In this document: in pieces, positions 1-9,064 of the stretch
How positions within the stretch are numbered: the stretch's first letter is position 1
Layout: the number at the start of each line of letters is the position of its first letter
NCBI RefSeq assembly: GCF_000012285.1
Contig: NC_007181.1
Coordinates: forward strand, 1,020,001 to 1,052,000
Length of the DNA: 32,000 nt
Reading direction: 5' to 3'
Source: Sulfolobus acidocaldarius DSM 639
Lineage (GTDB): Archaea; Thermoproteota; Thermoprotei_A; Sulfolobales; Sulfolobaceae
Made by a program: the position numbers and the translations under genes
The notes under the pieces: generated by a model
What the model was told of the DNA's origin: nothing
What the model saw: the letters and a program-made list of their open reading frames with translations, nothing else
Database searches by the model: none

Positions 1-341
1 ATATTATAGTATTCCATGTTTATCCTTACAGAGTCAGCATTCCCTATACTATCTACTCTTGGTTGGTATTTGAAGTGTACTCTAGGCTTTATGTGATACC
101 TTGCTGAGAAACCTATGCCTTCTTGATAGATGTCAAATAAAGATCTATAGTTTACGTATCCTCTCACTCCAAATATTATTTCTTTAATACCCTGTCTGGC
201 TAACTCAATCAAGGTATACTCAATCAGTGGTCTATTCAGAAGCCTCACTGTAGCTTTCGATGTTTCAATAGTTAATGGTCTTAGCCTAGTGGCCTCACCG
301 CCAATTGGTATAATCACTTTTATATCTTCTATTCTAGTCAT
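1..341 (-). CDS. Sugar-phosphate nucleotidyltransferase (GlgC/RmlA-like), N-terminal part; the gene runs off the left edge
   Basis: Not in the ORF track. My reverse-strand translation from ATG (339-341) gives MTRIEDIKVIIPIGGEATRLRPLTIETSKATVRLLNRPLIEYTLIELARQGIKEIIFGV..., open to position 1. It contains the GGxxTRLxPLT nucleotide-binding loop of NTP-transferases. It is divergent from the glycogen genes, 40 bp away. Confidence 0.75.
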   Translation of the reverse strand, partial: MTRIEDIKVIIPIGGEATRLRPLTIETSKATVRLLNRPLIEYTLIELARQGIKEIIFGVRGYVNYRSLFDIYQEGIGFSARYHIKPRVHFKYQPRVDSIGNADSVRINMEYYN

Positions 342-381
342 CAGTAATAGTTTTTACTTATGAGACTATAAATATTCTCAT

Positions 382-1716
382 ATGAGAAATGTCATCTTAG
401 GGTTCGAAGTTCACCAGCCTTTTAGAATAAAAGGAAGCTACTTTTGGAACCCCCAATTTAGAGATAATCCGATAGAAAAATATTTTGATAACCAGTTAAA
501 TAGGGATGTATTTCTTAGAGCTAAACAAAAATGCTATATACCTGCAACTAAGATAATTCTAGATGAAATTGAGAGGGGGGAAAATGAAGGATATGACGTC
601 AAGGTATTCTATTCAATATCAGGAACCTTCATGGAGCAGGCAGAAAAGTGGGGAAGAGAAGTAATAGACTTACTTCAACAGCTATCGTATACAAGAAAGG
701 TGGAGTTTTTATCTCAAACTTATTACCACTCGATAACAGGTTTGTGGGATGACTTAGATGAATGGAAAGAACAAGTTAAACAGCACTCAGAATTAATAAA
801 GGAATACTTTGATCAGACACCGACAACTTTTGAGAACACTGAACTACTAGTTACTCCCAGAATATTAAAGGAAGTTGAGAACTTAGGTTTCAAATCAATT
901 ATAATGGAAGGAAAAGAGAGCGTACTGAACGGTAGATCACCAAATTATGTCTACAGAATAAAGAACAGTAAATTAGTAGGCTTACTGAGAAACTATAGGC
1001 TAAGTGATGATATTGCCTTCAGGTTTTCGAACAGGAATTGGGACCAATACCCATTGACTGCACAAAAACTCTCTGATTGGGTACTGTGGTCAGAGGGTGA
1101 TGTTGGATTAATCTTCGTTGATTATGAAACATTTGGGGAGCATCATTGGCCTGAGAGCGGAATCCTAGACTTCTTGAGATGGTTACCAAGAGAACTTTCT
1201 AGAAGAGAAATAAAGATGAAACTACCTAAAGAGGTATATGATAGGGCTGTTCAAGAGATAGAAATAACTCAAACATCGTCTTGGGCTGATATAAACAAGG
1301 ATGAGTCAAGTTGGTTAGGAAATATAATGCAATGGGCTTATGATGAAATGGTCAGAAGAACCGAAATGTTGGCAAAAGAGTTGGGTAAAGAGTACCTTAA
1401 AGCCTGGAAGTATTTCACAACTAGTGATCATTATTATTACCTGTTTTTAGGTAGTAGTAGTCCAGCAGAGGTTCACTCATATTTTAGCTCCTTTAACTCA
1501 CCAATTGATGCGTTCATAAACGAGATTTACGCTATCTCGATGTTTCAAGAGGAAATGAGAAAGAAGTTAAAGATAGAAAATGAACCGTTTATATTTTACA
1601 AGGGTTTGAAGAGAGGTAAGGAAGTTTGGACGATAGACCAGTATAAAGAGCTGATAAAACAAAAGCCAGAATATAAAGACTTCGAAAAGTATATTCAAGA
1701 GTGGATTAAGCAATGA
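382..1716 (+). CDS. Glycoside hydrolase family 57 protein (archaeal alpha-amylase / alpha-glucanotransferase-like)
   Basis: 444-aa ORF. The N-terminal GFEVHQPFR block and overall size fit GH57 as I know the family. An ATGA stop/start overlap with the glycogen synthase gene (1713-1716) implies one operon. Confidence 0.75.
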   Translation: MRNVILGFEVHQPFRIKGSYFWNPQFRDNPIEKYFDNQLNRDVFLRAKQKCYIPATKIILDEIERGENEGYDVKVFYSISGTFMEQAEKWGREVIDLLQQLSYTRKVEFLSQTYYHSITGLWDDLDEWKEQVKQHSELIKEYFDQTPTTFENTELLVTPRILKEVENLGFKSIIMEGKESVLNGRSPNYVYRIKNSKLVGLLRNYRLSDDIAFRFSNRNWDQYPLTAQKLSDWVLWSEGDVGLIFVDYETFGEHHWPESGILDFLRWLPRELSRREIKMKLPKEVYDRAVQEIEITQTSSWADINKDESSWLGNIMQWAYDEMVRRTEMLAKELGKEYLKAWKYFTTSDHYYYLFLGSSSPAEVHSYFSSFNSPIDAFINEIYAISMFQEEMRKKLKIENEPFIFYKGLKRGKEVWTIDQYKELIKQKPEYKDFEKYIQEWIKQ

Positions 1717-3413
1717 AGAGATATGAAAGCCTATGGTTTGAGGACGAACTAAAGCACGTCTGGATGATCAGTGCCGAGCTAGAGAAAGTAGCTAGTCTAG
1801 GGGGATTGGGACCAGTAGTATATAATCTTGGTAAAGAATTAGTTAAGCAGGGTATAAAAGTAACTGTAATCATGCCAAGCCATGGTCGTCATCTTAATGA
1901 CTATTATAGGTCACTCCTTAAATTGAACGAAATATCTTTAGTCGCAGAAGGAGATAGAATAGGTATTGATGGTAAATCTTATCACTACAAGCTAGGGTTT
2001 GAACATGGAAATTTGGATGGAATGAACGTGGTTTTAATTAAAGGACTGGATTACAACACGGGAAGGATAATTGATTCATGGAACATTTACGATAACGCCA
2101 TGGAGAAATCTTCACTTCTGGCTAGGGCTGTCGAGAAGTATGCAAAGTTCTCAATACCTAATGACATACCGTCCATAATACACGTACATGATTGGCACTC
2201 TGTAATTGCAGGTGTGACTGCTAAATTTACATTTGAGGCTAGGAGAGTAATAGTTCCTCTAGTATTTACAGTTCACCTGTTAAACAAGGTCAGTGCACCT
2301 TGGCATTACGCGTCAGAAGATTGGAGTGGACTGATGAATTATCCACATTACATTTGGAGAATAATAAAACATGACTTGTACACAACTAGAGAAGTGTGGG
2401 ATTTCTTCTCTTCTGGTTCCATAGAAAAGTTTGGTTCTTATGAGGCTGATCTAATAACATCAGTTAGTAAAAGCTACCTAACATATGATATATTTAACTT
2501 CATAGGAAACTGGATAGAGAACAAGAGTTGTATCCATTATAACGGTACTGATTGGGAAGTAGAGGAGACTAAAAAGTACGCTTACAGCAAGTTTGGGACT
2601 GAGGATAGGGCTGAAATAAGAAAAAGGTTATTTGACGAACTAGAAGTCCTAAGAGTAACCCCTGAGGATTACACTACAGGTAACATACTTTGGAATAACA
2701 GATTCAATATAGGTATAAAGGATGACTGGACATATAGTAGACTAGAAAACGGTCCTCTAATTCTATTTGCAGGAAGAATGGTTTATCAGAAGGGAATAGA
2801 CTCATTACTCATAGCATTTGATGAAGTACTTAAGACCATTAACAATGCCCGTCTAATAATATTAGGATTACCCTCCTCAGACTATGGATTACTACAAAAT
2901 GTGGTATCTAATATATCTAGACACGGTGGTAACATTAGGATAATCCTAGGCAAAATGAGTAAGGAACTGTACAGGCTCTTCTACTATAGTGCCTCAGTGT
3001 TTGTGATACCCTCAAGATGGGAACCATTTGGGCTAGTTGCAGTAGAGTCAATGGCTGTAGGAACCCCGGTAGTTGCATACTCGGTAGGCGGGCTGAGAGA
3101 GAGTATAGTAGACATCAGGGTTGACCAAGAGCAGGGAACAGGACTACTGGTAGAACCGGAAAATGTCTGGGAACTATCAAAAGCGTTAATTTCTGCTTTA
3201 TCATTGTCTATGGCTTCAGAAACAAACAATGGAGATTTTCTAAAATATACTGAAGTTAAGACGAATGATGTGAAGTTATGGGACAAAATAAGGCAAAATT
3301 GTGTAAGGAGAGTTAATGAGAATTTCAGATGGTCAGCAAGTGCTAAGCAGTTACAGGAGTGCTATTCTAAGGCTCAGACCATGGCGAAATATAGACTGTT
3401 AGCATCATTTTAA
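1713..3413 (+). CDS. glgA: Glycogen synthase (GT5, GT-B fold)
   Basis: 566-aa ORF. It has the N-terminal E..KV.SLGGLGPVV motif (K-x-G-G-L class) and the C-terminal PSRWEPFGLVAVESMAVGTPVVA motif. It is co-oriented with and overlaps the GH57 gene. Confidence 0.85.
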   Translation: MKRYESLWFEDELKHVWMISAELEKVASLGGLGPVVYNLGKELVKQGIKVTVIMPSHGRHLNDYYRSLLKLNEISLVAEGDRIGIDGKSYHYKLGFEHGNLDGMNVVLIKGLDYNTGRIIDSWNIYDNAMEKSSLLARAVEKYAKFSIPNDIPSIIHVHDWHSVIAGVTAKFTFEARRVIVPLVFTVHLLNKVSAPWHYASEDWSGLMNYPHYIWRIIKHDLYTTREVWDFFSSGSIEKFGSYEADLITSVSKSYLTYDIFNFIGNWIENKSCIHYNGTDWEVEETKKYAYSKFGTEDRAEIRKRLFDELEVLRVTPEDYTTGNILWNNRFNIGIKDDWTYSRLENGPLILFAGRMVYQKGIDSLLIAFDEVLKTINNARLIILGLPSSDYGLLQNVVSNISRHGGNIRIILGKMSKELYRLFYYSASVFVIPSRWEPFGLVAVESMAVGTPVVAYSVGGLRESIVDIRVDQEQGTGLLVEPENVWELSKALISALSLSMASETNNGDFLKYTEVKTNDVKLWDKIRQNCVRRVNENFRWSASAKQLQECYSKAQTMAKYRLLASF

Positions 3414-3449
3414 CGCTATTTTAAATACTTATTATACAAGTTATAAACA

Positions 3450-4052
3450 ATGCAGAAAGAAGTTCCACCAGGACAAAAGTATGTGAAACGATTCATTTAT
3501 TATGCAGCTTTGGGTGTACCCCAAGTAAACTTAAACGAGTATAGGCTCAAAATTTTTGGAGAGGTTGAGAATAAAATAGAGATTACTTATGAAGAAATGC
3601 TGAAGATGATCGACGTAAAGTATACCAAAGACTTTCATTGCGTTACAGGCTGGAGTGTAGAAAACGTTGAATGGGAGGGAATAAAGATGAAGACAATAGC
3701 CGAGAAGGCAAAAGTGAAGCCAGGAGCGAAGTGGGTTATCTTCTACTCATTGGATGGTTACACAACCGTAGTGCCATTAGAAGATGCCTTGCATGAAGAT
3801 TCCATAATAGCCCTTAAGATGAATGGTAGACCCCTAGATATTAAGTCAGGATTTCCCGCTAGACCGTTTATCCCTCACCTATATGGCTGGAAAAGTGCCA
3901 AATGGTTAACGGCAATACAGTTCTCGAGAGAATATATTGACGGATTCTGGGAGGAAAGAGGTTATCATGAAAGAGGAAATGTTTGGGATGAAGAAAGGTT
4001 TAAGGGACAAGGAGTAAGTCATGAGGGAAAGAAAAGAAATCCTATATTTTAA
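3450..4052 (+). CDS. Molybdopterin-dependent oxidoreductase (sulfite-oxidase / YedY-MsrP-like catalytic domain)
   Basis: 200-aa ORF with FHCVTGWS...WEG and LKMNGRPL...GFPARPFIP blocks typical of the Oxidored_molyb fold. ATTTTAAATA is centred about 27 nt upstream of the ATG. No signal or TAT-like N-terminus is visible. Confidence 0.7.
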   Translation: MQKEVPPGQKYVKRFIYYAALGVPQVNLNEYRLKIFGEVENKIEITYEEMLKMIDVKYTKDFHCVTGWSVENVEWEGIKMKTIAEKAKVKPGAKWVIFYSLDGYTTVVPLEDALHEDSIIALKMNGRPLDIKSGFPARPFIPHLYGWKSAKWLTAIQFSREYIDGFWEERGYHERGNVWDEERFKGQGVSHEGKKRNPIF

Positions 4053-4056
4053 CTTT

Positions 4057-5676
4057 TTATCCCATAGGATATTGAGGCATTTGTTGTTCTCCTGCGCCTT
4101 TCTGTTGTGTTGGTGAAGCTGCAATATAGTCATCTATCTTTAGTAGTGCTGTGACAGCTTCTGTAGCACTCTTTAGTACACTCTCCTTAACTATCAATGG
4201 ATCAATGATGTTCTCCTTGGTCACGTCTTCTTCAACCTTACCCTTAAGTACATTAATTCCAGCAAATTTCATTCCACTCGCATGTAGATTCCTTAACTTC
4301 ACAACAGTATCTATCTCGTCCATACCTGCAGTTCCTGCTAAGGTTGTTGTAATCTCCTCTAGAGCATTTGCGAAAGCCTCTATCGCCAATTGTTCTTTTC
4401 CACCAACCTTCTTTGATTCTTCTCTGATCTTCATTGCTAACTCAACTTCATAAGATCCGCCACCACCAACTATGTATGGGCTCTCTATAACGTTCTTAAT
4501 TGCGTTCAATGAATCTTGAAAACTCCTCTCTAGCTCATCCATTATTATTTCACTTGAACCCCTAATCAGAACTGTTACAGCTTTAGTGTCTTTGGAATCT
4601 TCTATGAGAATAACCTTTGAGTTACCAATTTTTCTTTCCTCCACCAATTCTGCTTGACCAAGGTCTTCTGAAGAAACGTCTTTTAGTGAGGATATTATTT
4701 TAGCACCTGTAGCCTTAGCAACTTTTTCCACATCGCTCCTACTGACATTCTTTATTCCCATTATTCCTTTCTTAGCCAAGAAGTGTAACGCTATGTCATC
4801 CATTCCTTTTTGAGTTATAACAACCTTCGCACCAATTTTTTCAAGGGTATCAATCATGGATCTTATGTACTTTGCCTGTTCCTCTAATGCTAACTTGATC
4901 TGAGAAGGATCATTAAAGCTCATCTTAGCAGAAATCTCAGGTTTCTCCACTTCCAGGGGGAAGTCTAATATTGCTATTTTAGCTTTCTCAACTCTTCTTG
5001 GCATATTCTCATGTGCAACTTCCTTGTCCAAAATATATCCTCTGACTAAAGTTGTCTCGTCTACGCTTTCTCCCTTCTTCTTTATGAATTTAATATTAGA
5101 TAAATCCACCTTGTAAGCATTGTCTACTTTTTCTACAACGGATAATATTGCATCTATAGAGACATCTATTATTCTGTTTAAGGTTTCTGAATTTGCAAAG
5201 AATTTACTTGACAATGCGGTAAAGGCAACATTCTTGAGCGATTTCCTGTCCTGTGGGTTTACACTCAAACCTACTGATTTACCAGTTTCTAAAGCGATTT
5301 GAAGCGCTTTCTTATATCCTTCAATAATAACGATTGGATGTATTTTTTGATCAATTAGTTTATCAGCTTCATCTGCTAAGAATCCACTTAATACTACTGC
5401 TGAGGTAGTACCATCTCCTACCTGAGCGTCTTGAGCTTTAGCAGCTTCCACAACTAATTTTGCTGCGGGATGTTGTATATCCATTTCCTTTACTATTGTT
5501 ACACCATCGTTTGTTATTGTGACATCTGATGTTCCTGAAATCAACATCTTATCCATTCCCTTTGGTCCTAAACTACTCTTCAACATTTCAGCCAAAGTTC
5601 TTACTGCTAATATGTTGTTCTTTATTACTGTGACACCACTTTGCTCCTTCGTTCCCTCTTTATATAGCGAGTACAT
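4057..5676 (-). CDS. ths: Thermosome (group II chaperonin) subunit, probably the gamma-type paralogue
   Basis: 539 aa with LGPKGMDKML, VGDGTTS and VGGGGSYE chaperonin motifs. The short N-terminus and Q/P-rich tail resemble Sulfolobales gamma subunits. The subunit assignment is tentative. Confidence 0.93.
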   Translation of the reverse strand: MYSLYKEGTKEQSGVTVIKNNILAVRTLAEMLKSSLGPKGMDKMLISGTSDVTITNDGVTIVKEMDIQHPAAKLVVEAAKAQDAQVGDGTTSAVVLSGFLADEADKLIDQKIHPIVIIEGYKKALQIALETGKSVGLSVNPQDRKSLKNVAFTALSSKFFANSETLNRIIDVSIDAILSVVEKVDNAYKVDLSNIKFIKKKGESVDETTLVRGYILDKEVAHENMPRRVEKAKIAILDFPLEVEKPEISAKMSFNDPSQIKLALEEQAKYIRSMIDTLEKIGAKVVITQKGMDDIALHFLAKKGIMGIKNVSRSDVEKVAKATGAKIISSLKDVSSEDLGQAELVEERKIGNSKVILIEDSKDTKAVTVLIRGSSEIIMDELERSFQDSLNAIKNVIESPYIVGGGGSYEVELAMKIREESKKVGGKEQLAIEAFANALEEITTTLAGTAGMDEIDTVVKLRNLHASGMKFAGINVLKGKVEEDVTKENIIDPLIVKESVLKSATEAVTALLKIDDYIAASPTQQKGAGEQQMPQYPMG

Positions 5677-5709
5677 GCATTTAAAAAGAACACCATAATA
5701 TTTAAAACT

Positions 5710-5763
5710 ACATGATGTGACTCTGCGGAACTGACGTTTTGATGAGAGAAACAGGGTCTGAGA
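5710..5763 (+). ncRNA. C/D box sRNA (2'-O-methylation guide)
   Basis: Textbook archaeal architecture read directly. C box AUGAUGU (5712-5718), 12-nt guide GACUCUGCGGAA (5719-5730), D' CUGA (5731-5734), 4-nt spacer, C' UUGAUGA (5739-5745), 12-nt guide GAGAAACAGGGU (5746-5757), D box CUGA (5758-5761). It lies in the 92-bp gap between two minus-strand genes. The ends are approximate. Confidence 0.75.
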
Positions 5764-5768
5764 ATTGC

Positions 5769-6086
5769 TTAATCGAACTCAGCCTGAATCTTCTTTTTAC
5801 CCTCTAGTAACTTAGTGTTAAATGGAGGATTCCTCACTTCTTCTATACTTATGCCCATCCTTCTTAGCTCATTTACCGCTTTATCAATATCGTCCTCATG
5901 TGTCGCATACTTTATTCTCTCCTTTATCTGAATTAAAGAGCCATTCTGGGAATTGAATCTCTCTGCACTAACTGTGACCCATGTATTACCGTTTTTATAA
6001 ATAAATAACACATCTTGCAGGTATCCAGGAATTACATGGCTTACTCCGGCAAAATAATAATCGTTATATTTGTATACCTTAACCAT
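5769..6086 (-). CDS. Hypothetical protein (105 aa)
   Basis: Clean ATG-start ORF in coding-like composition. I recognise no motif. Confidence 0.5.
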   Translation of the reverse strand: MVKVYKYNDYYFAGVSHVIPGYLQDVLFIYKNGNTWVTVSAERFNSQNGSLIQIKERIKYATHEDDIDKAVNELRRMGISIEEVRNPPFNTKLLEGKKKIQAEFD

Positions 6087-6144
6087 ATTTAACGATTCAA
6101 TGAGCGTTTTAATAAGATTTACTTACCCATGTCATCTACGCAAA

Positions 6145-6750
6145 TCATCTTACCTTTACTCCCTCTATTATCCAATACTTATTTACTTCACTAGCTGAAA
6201 TTATCCTGAATTTTATAGAAAGTACCTTTAATGCGTCAACTGCGTTATTTTGTGGAACAATTATCATTCCCTTTCCTCCCCTTTTAGTCACTCTATATGC
6301 CTCTCTAACAACATCATAATCCATGACTTCAGAGATTACAACATTATCGAAAACAGAGTCCTTGAAAGGTAATGGAATTATTGCTCTTACTATTTCATCC
6401 TTACTGTCCAGCTTGTATGTGGTGCCAGTTACCGTGATTGCGTCTTTTATTAACGGTGAACCTATTTGTAGGGTCCTCCCTTTTAATCTTAGATTAAGAT
6501 TGTTCTCGTAAATTTTAGGTGAGAAGAATTGTGAATTAATTATAATGAGGCCTTCAAAAGCAGATAACAGGTACAGTTCTCCGTTCAAAAGGTTTGGGGA
6601 TATTATGAAGTCATATGTATGTTCAGTGAGTGGTAGTATTTTTCCGTACGAGAGATTGATACTCTTTGACTCTGTACAGTTTCTAAGCTCGGCATTTAAG
6701 ACTTCTTTCAAGTTACTGGACTTCTCAGGTAGAAGGCGTAATAGTATCAT
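6145..6750 (-). CDS. Hypothetical protein with a methyltransferase-like C-terminal segment
   Basis: 201-aa ORF. PLPFKDSVFDNVVISEVMDYD..VREAYRVTKRGGKGMIIV resembles the post-motif-II region of class I SAM methyltransferases. I cannot find a GxGxG motif I. Confidence 0.45.
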   Translation of the reverse strand: MILLRLLPEKSSNLKEVLNAELRNCTESKSINLSYGKILPLTEHTYDFIISPNLLNGELYLLSAFEGLIIINSQFFSPKIYENNLNLRLKGRTLQIGSPLIKDAITVTGTTYKLDSKDEIVRAIIPLPFKDSVFDNVVISEVMDYDVVREAYRVTKRGGKGMIIVPQNNAVDALKVLSIKFRIISASEVNKYWIIEGVKVR

Positions 6751-6822
6751 TTATATGAGGTAATATTTATGGGCATTAATATTTTTATATGTAGATATTT
6801 CAGTCCTTATTCATATATATCC

Positions 6823-7203
6823 TTAATATATATCATGAAGTACCTTTGAAATATCAGTTATCGCAAACATACCAATTATGTTACCCTTCTTATCTTTAAC
6901 TGGCAGATGTCTTATTTTATTCTTAGTCATGAGGTCTATGGCAGTAAAGGGATCTGTGTCCTCCTCAATTATTATTAAATTGCCCATAGTAGCCGCTAAT
7001 CTCACCTCATCATTAGGATTAAGACCACTAGAGAAAGCTTTTACAGCGTCTCTATCAGTAAAAATTCCCTTTGGAGCACCATTTTCTGTTATTATTACAG
7101 ACCCTACACCCTTCTCGAGCATTAATTTACAGGTTTCCTGTATTGATGTATTTAACTCTACTTGAAATATGGGTGTAGACATGTAGGTTTTTACACTTTT
7201 CAT
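6823..7203 (-). CDS. CBS-domain pair protein
   Basis: 126 aa. Two CBS-like repeats (GVGSVIITENGAPKGIFTDRD...; IRHLPVKDKKGNIIGMFAITDI), typical of stand-alone archaeal CBS proteins. Confidence 0.8.
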   Translation of the reverse strand: MKSVKTYMSTPIFQVELNTSIQETCKLMLEKGVGSVIITENGAPKGIFTDRDAVKAFSSGLNPNDEVRLAATMGNLIIIEEDTDPFTAIDLMTKNKIRHLPVKDKKGNIIGMFAITDISKVLHDIY

Positions 7204-7213
7204 AATATAAAAC

Positions 7214-7885
7214 TTAATCTTTTTCCCAATAAGCTTTTAATTTCACTTTAGTGGGCTGTTTATTTTGAAGCAAGTCTGTAATAACGTCCCTATAATATTC
7301 CTCAGACTGAACTCCCCTAACCAGCCACTCGTCATTAATTAGTATCGCTGGTACGCCCTTGATTCCCATAGCCTTAGCCTCCTCTTCGTCCTGAATCACA
7401 GATAATCTAGTCTTCTTAGACCTTATATCCTCTCTGAACTTGTTTAAATCGAGATTCAACTCTTTCGCAATACTTATCAGAACTTGTTCATCAGTTATAT
7501 CTTCCCCCTGAAGAAAGAATCTATCTTGAGCTTTGTCATAGAATTCCCAATGCCCTTCGTCTCCCTTCTGAAACTCTGCAGCTTTACATGCAACTAAAGG
7601 TGGAATAGACCATACATAAGTGAATTTACTTTTCTCAATTATCTTATCTGGATCATAATCTGGAAAATATTTCTTTACTATTTGGAATTCATTGAAGAAT
7701 AATTTTTTAGCCTCTTCAGGTGTAAATGCTACTTCTTTTAGATCTTCTAGCGATGATATTATAGCAAAAGCCTTATGCTTTACAACTACTTGATCCTTAA
7801 ATTCAGTTATAACTTTCCTTAGCCGCTTTGACGTAACGTAACAGAACGGGCATATTACATCATGAAAGAATGTTATCTTAATCAT
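7214..7885 (-). CDS. DsbA-family thioredoxin-fold oxidoreductase
   Basis: CPFC active site in ITFFHDVICPFCY, plus C-terminal GIKGVPAILIND. The track start (7921) is a TTG. The ATG at 7885 (MIKITFFHD...) has TTTTAAAAATA about 30 nt upstream, so I prefer it. Confidence 0.7.
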   Translation of the reverse strand: MIKITFFHDVICPFCYVTSKRLRKVITEFKDQVVVKHKAFAIISSLEDLKEVAFTPEEAKKLFFNEFQIVKKYFPDYDPDKIIEKSKFTYVWSIPPLVACKAAEFQKGDEGHWEFYDKAQDRFFLQGEDITDEQVLISIAKELNLDLNKFREDIRSKKTRLSVIQDEEEAKAMGIKGVPAILINDEWLVRGVQSEEYYRDVITDLLQNKQPTKVKLKAYWEKD

Positions 7886-7922
7886 TGTGGTGATATCTGT
7901 TGCAAATATTTTTAAAATCAAC

Positions 7923-9005
7923 TCATGTCCTCATTGTTTTTGTAACTTCAGATAGGTCAACTTTAGGATCGTTTACCAATTTCTTTGTTCTTTCTATTAA
8001 CTCCACCCTTTTAGTTCTCTCTGCGGCTGTTAATAGTTCTTGCACGACTCTGGTAGCTTCTTCAGACTTTCCTTCGGATATAAGGTTACCATAATACCTG
8101 AGCAGCATGTAATAGCTTACCTCGTTGATCACTGTACGATCAAAATTACTTCTAACTTCATCGTCAGGAGCTCTCTTAATAACTAGGCTTTCATCAATTT
8201 CTATGTTTTTATTGCTAACACTATCTACATAATTTCCTGTGACTTTCAAAGTATAATCAGTCTCTCCTGGAGGGATATTTCCAACAGCATATACATTCAC
8301 GTCCTTGTCTACAACAGGAATATTCACAGGCATCTCATAGTTTATTACTTCGAGACCTTCTGAAAAATTCAGAGTAAGATTATAAGCAGCTACCTTGTCA
8401 GATTTCTGCTCCACAAGAGTAGTTGGGAGTTGTGAAGGGTCATTAATATGATAAAACACTCCTGAACCCTTATCTGCGAGTATCTTCATAATCGCTTCAT
8501 TATAGTCCTCGCCTAACCCTATAGTAATAAGTTGGACATTCTTAGGGACTTGTAAGGACTCATAATCTCTGGAATATCGTTTATCGGTCGGTTTTCCATC
8601 AGATAATAGGATTATTTTAACCGGTATCTCAGAACTTTTAAATTTTTCAAGAACTTTAGTAATTGCCTTATGTAAATTAGTAGTATAACCCATTTTAATA
8701 CTCTTTAACTCTATTTGTTTGCCAGATTCACCCTCATATAGTGTTTCTATATCATTGGAAAATAAGTATATTGATATGAAGTTTCCAGGGATTATATCTT
8801 GAACCAATCTACTTGCTGAAGACAATGCCAAATTTATTTTATTCTCCTTCTTCATTGATGGACTATTGTCTATCATAACAACGTAATGTATACCTGAGAG
8901 GGAGGCAAATGAAGTAGGGCTTACCCTAACTATCAAACTGACCTGTGTGGGCTTCCCTGTAAACGCCAAATTAGTTGAAGATTTTAAAGAAACGCTAACT
9001 GTCAT
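7923..9005 (-). CDS. von Willebrand factor A (vWA) domain protein, paralogue of the ArnB-like protein at 9690-10832
   Basis: 360 aa. MIDAS residues are intact (MIDNSPSM = DxSxS; GYTTNL; LLSDGKPTD). The architecture matches 9690-10832: vWA, a beta-rich middle, then a helical tail with ERTKR/ERTKK motifs. Confidence 0.8.
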   Translation of the reverse strand: MTVSVSLKSSTNLAFTGKPTQVSLIVRVSPTSFASLSGIHYVVMIDNSPSMKKENKINLALSSASRLVQDIIPGNFISIYLFSNDIETLYEGESGKQIELKSIKMGYTTNLHKAITKVLEKFKSSEIPVKIILLSDGKPTDKRYSRDYESLQVPKNVQLITIGLGEDYNEAIMKILADKGSGVFYHINDPSQLPTTLVEQKSDKVAAYNLTLNFSEGLEVINYEMPVNIPVVDKDVNVYAVGNIPPGETDYTLKVTGNYVDSVSNKNIEIDESLVIKRAPDDEVRSNFDRTVINEVSYYMLLRYYGNLISEGKSEEATRVVQELLTAAERTKRVELIERTKKLVNDPKVDLSEVTKTMRT

Positions 9006-9029
9006 TTGTTATAATATATTATAGGGGTA

Positions 9030-9045
9030 AAACTATATATACTTT
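9030..9045. promoter_or_regulatory. Symmetric BRE-TATA-BRE element, candidate bidirectional promoter
   Basis: AAACTATATATACTTT is a 14/16 palindrome. Its TATATATA core (9034-9041) lies about 28 nt from the + ATG (9065) and about 32 nt from the - ATG (9005). A-rich BRE-like flanks occur on both strands. Confidence 0.5.
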
Positions 9046-9064
9046 AATACAGAATATTACGTGT

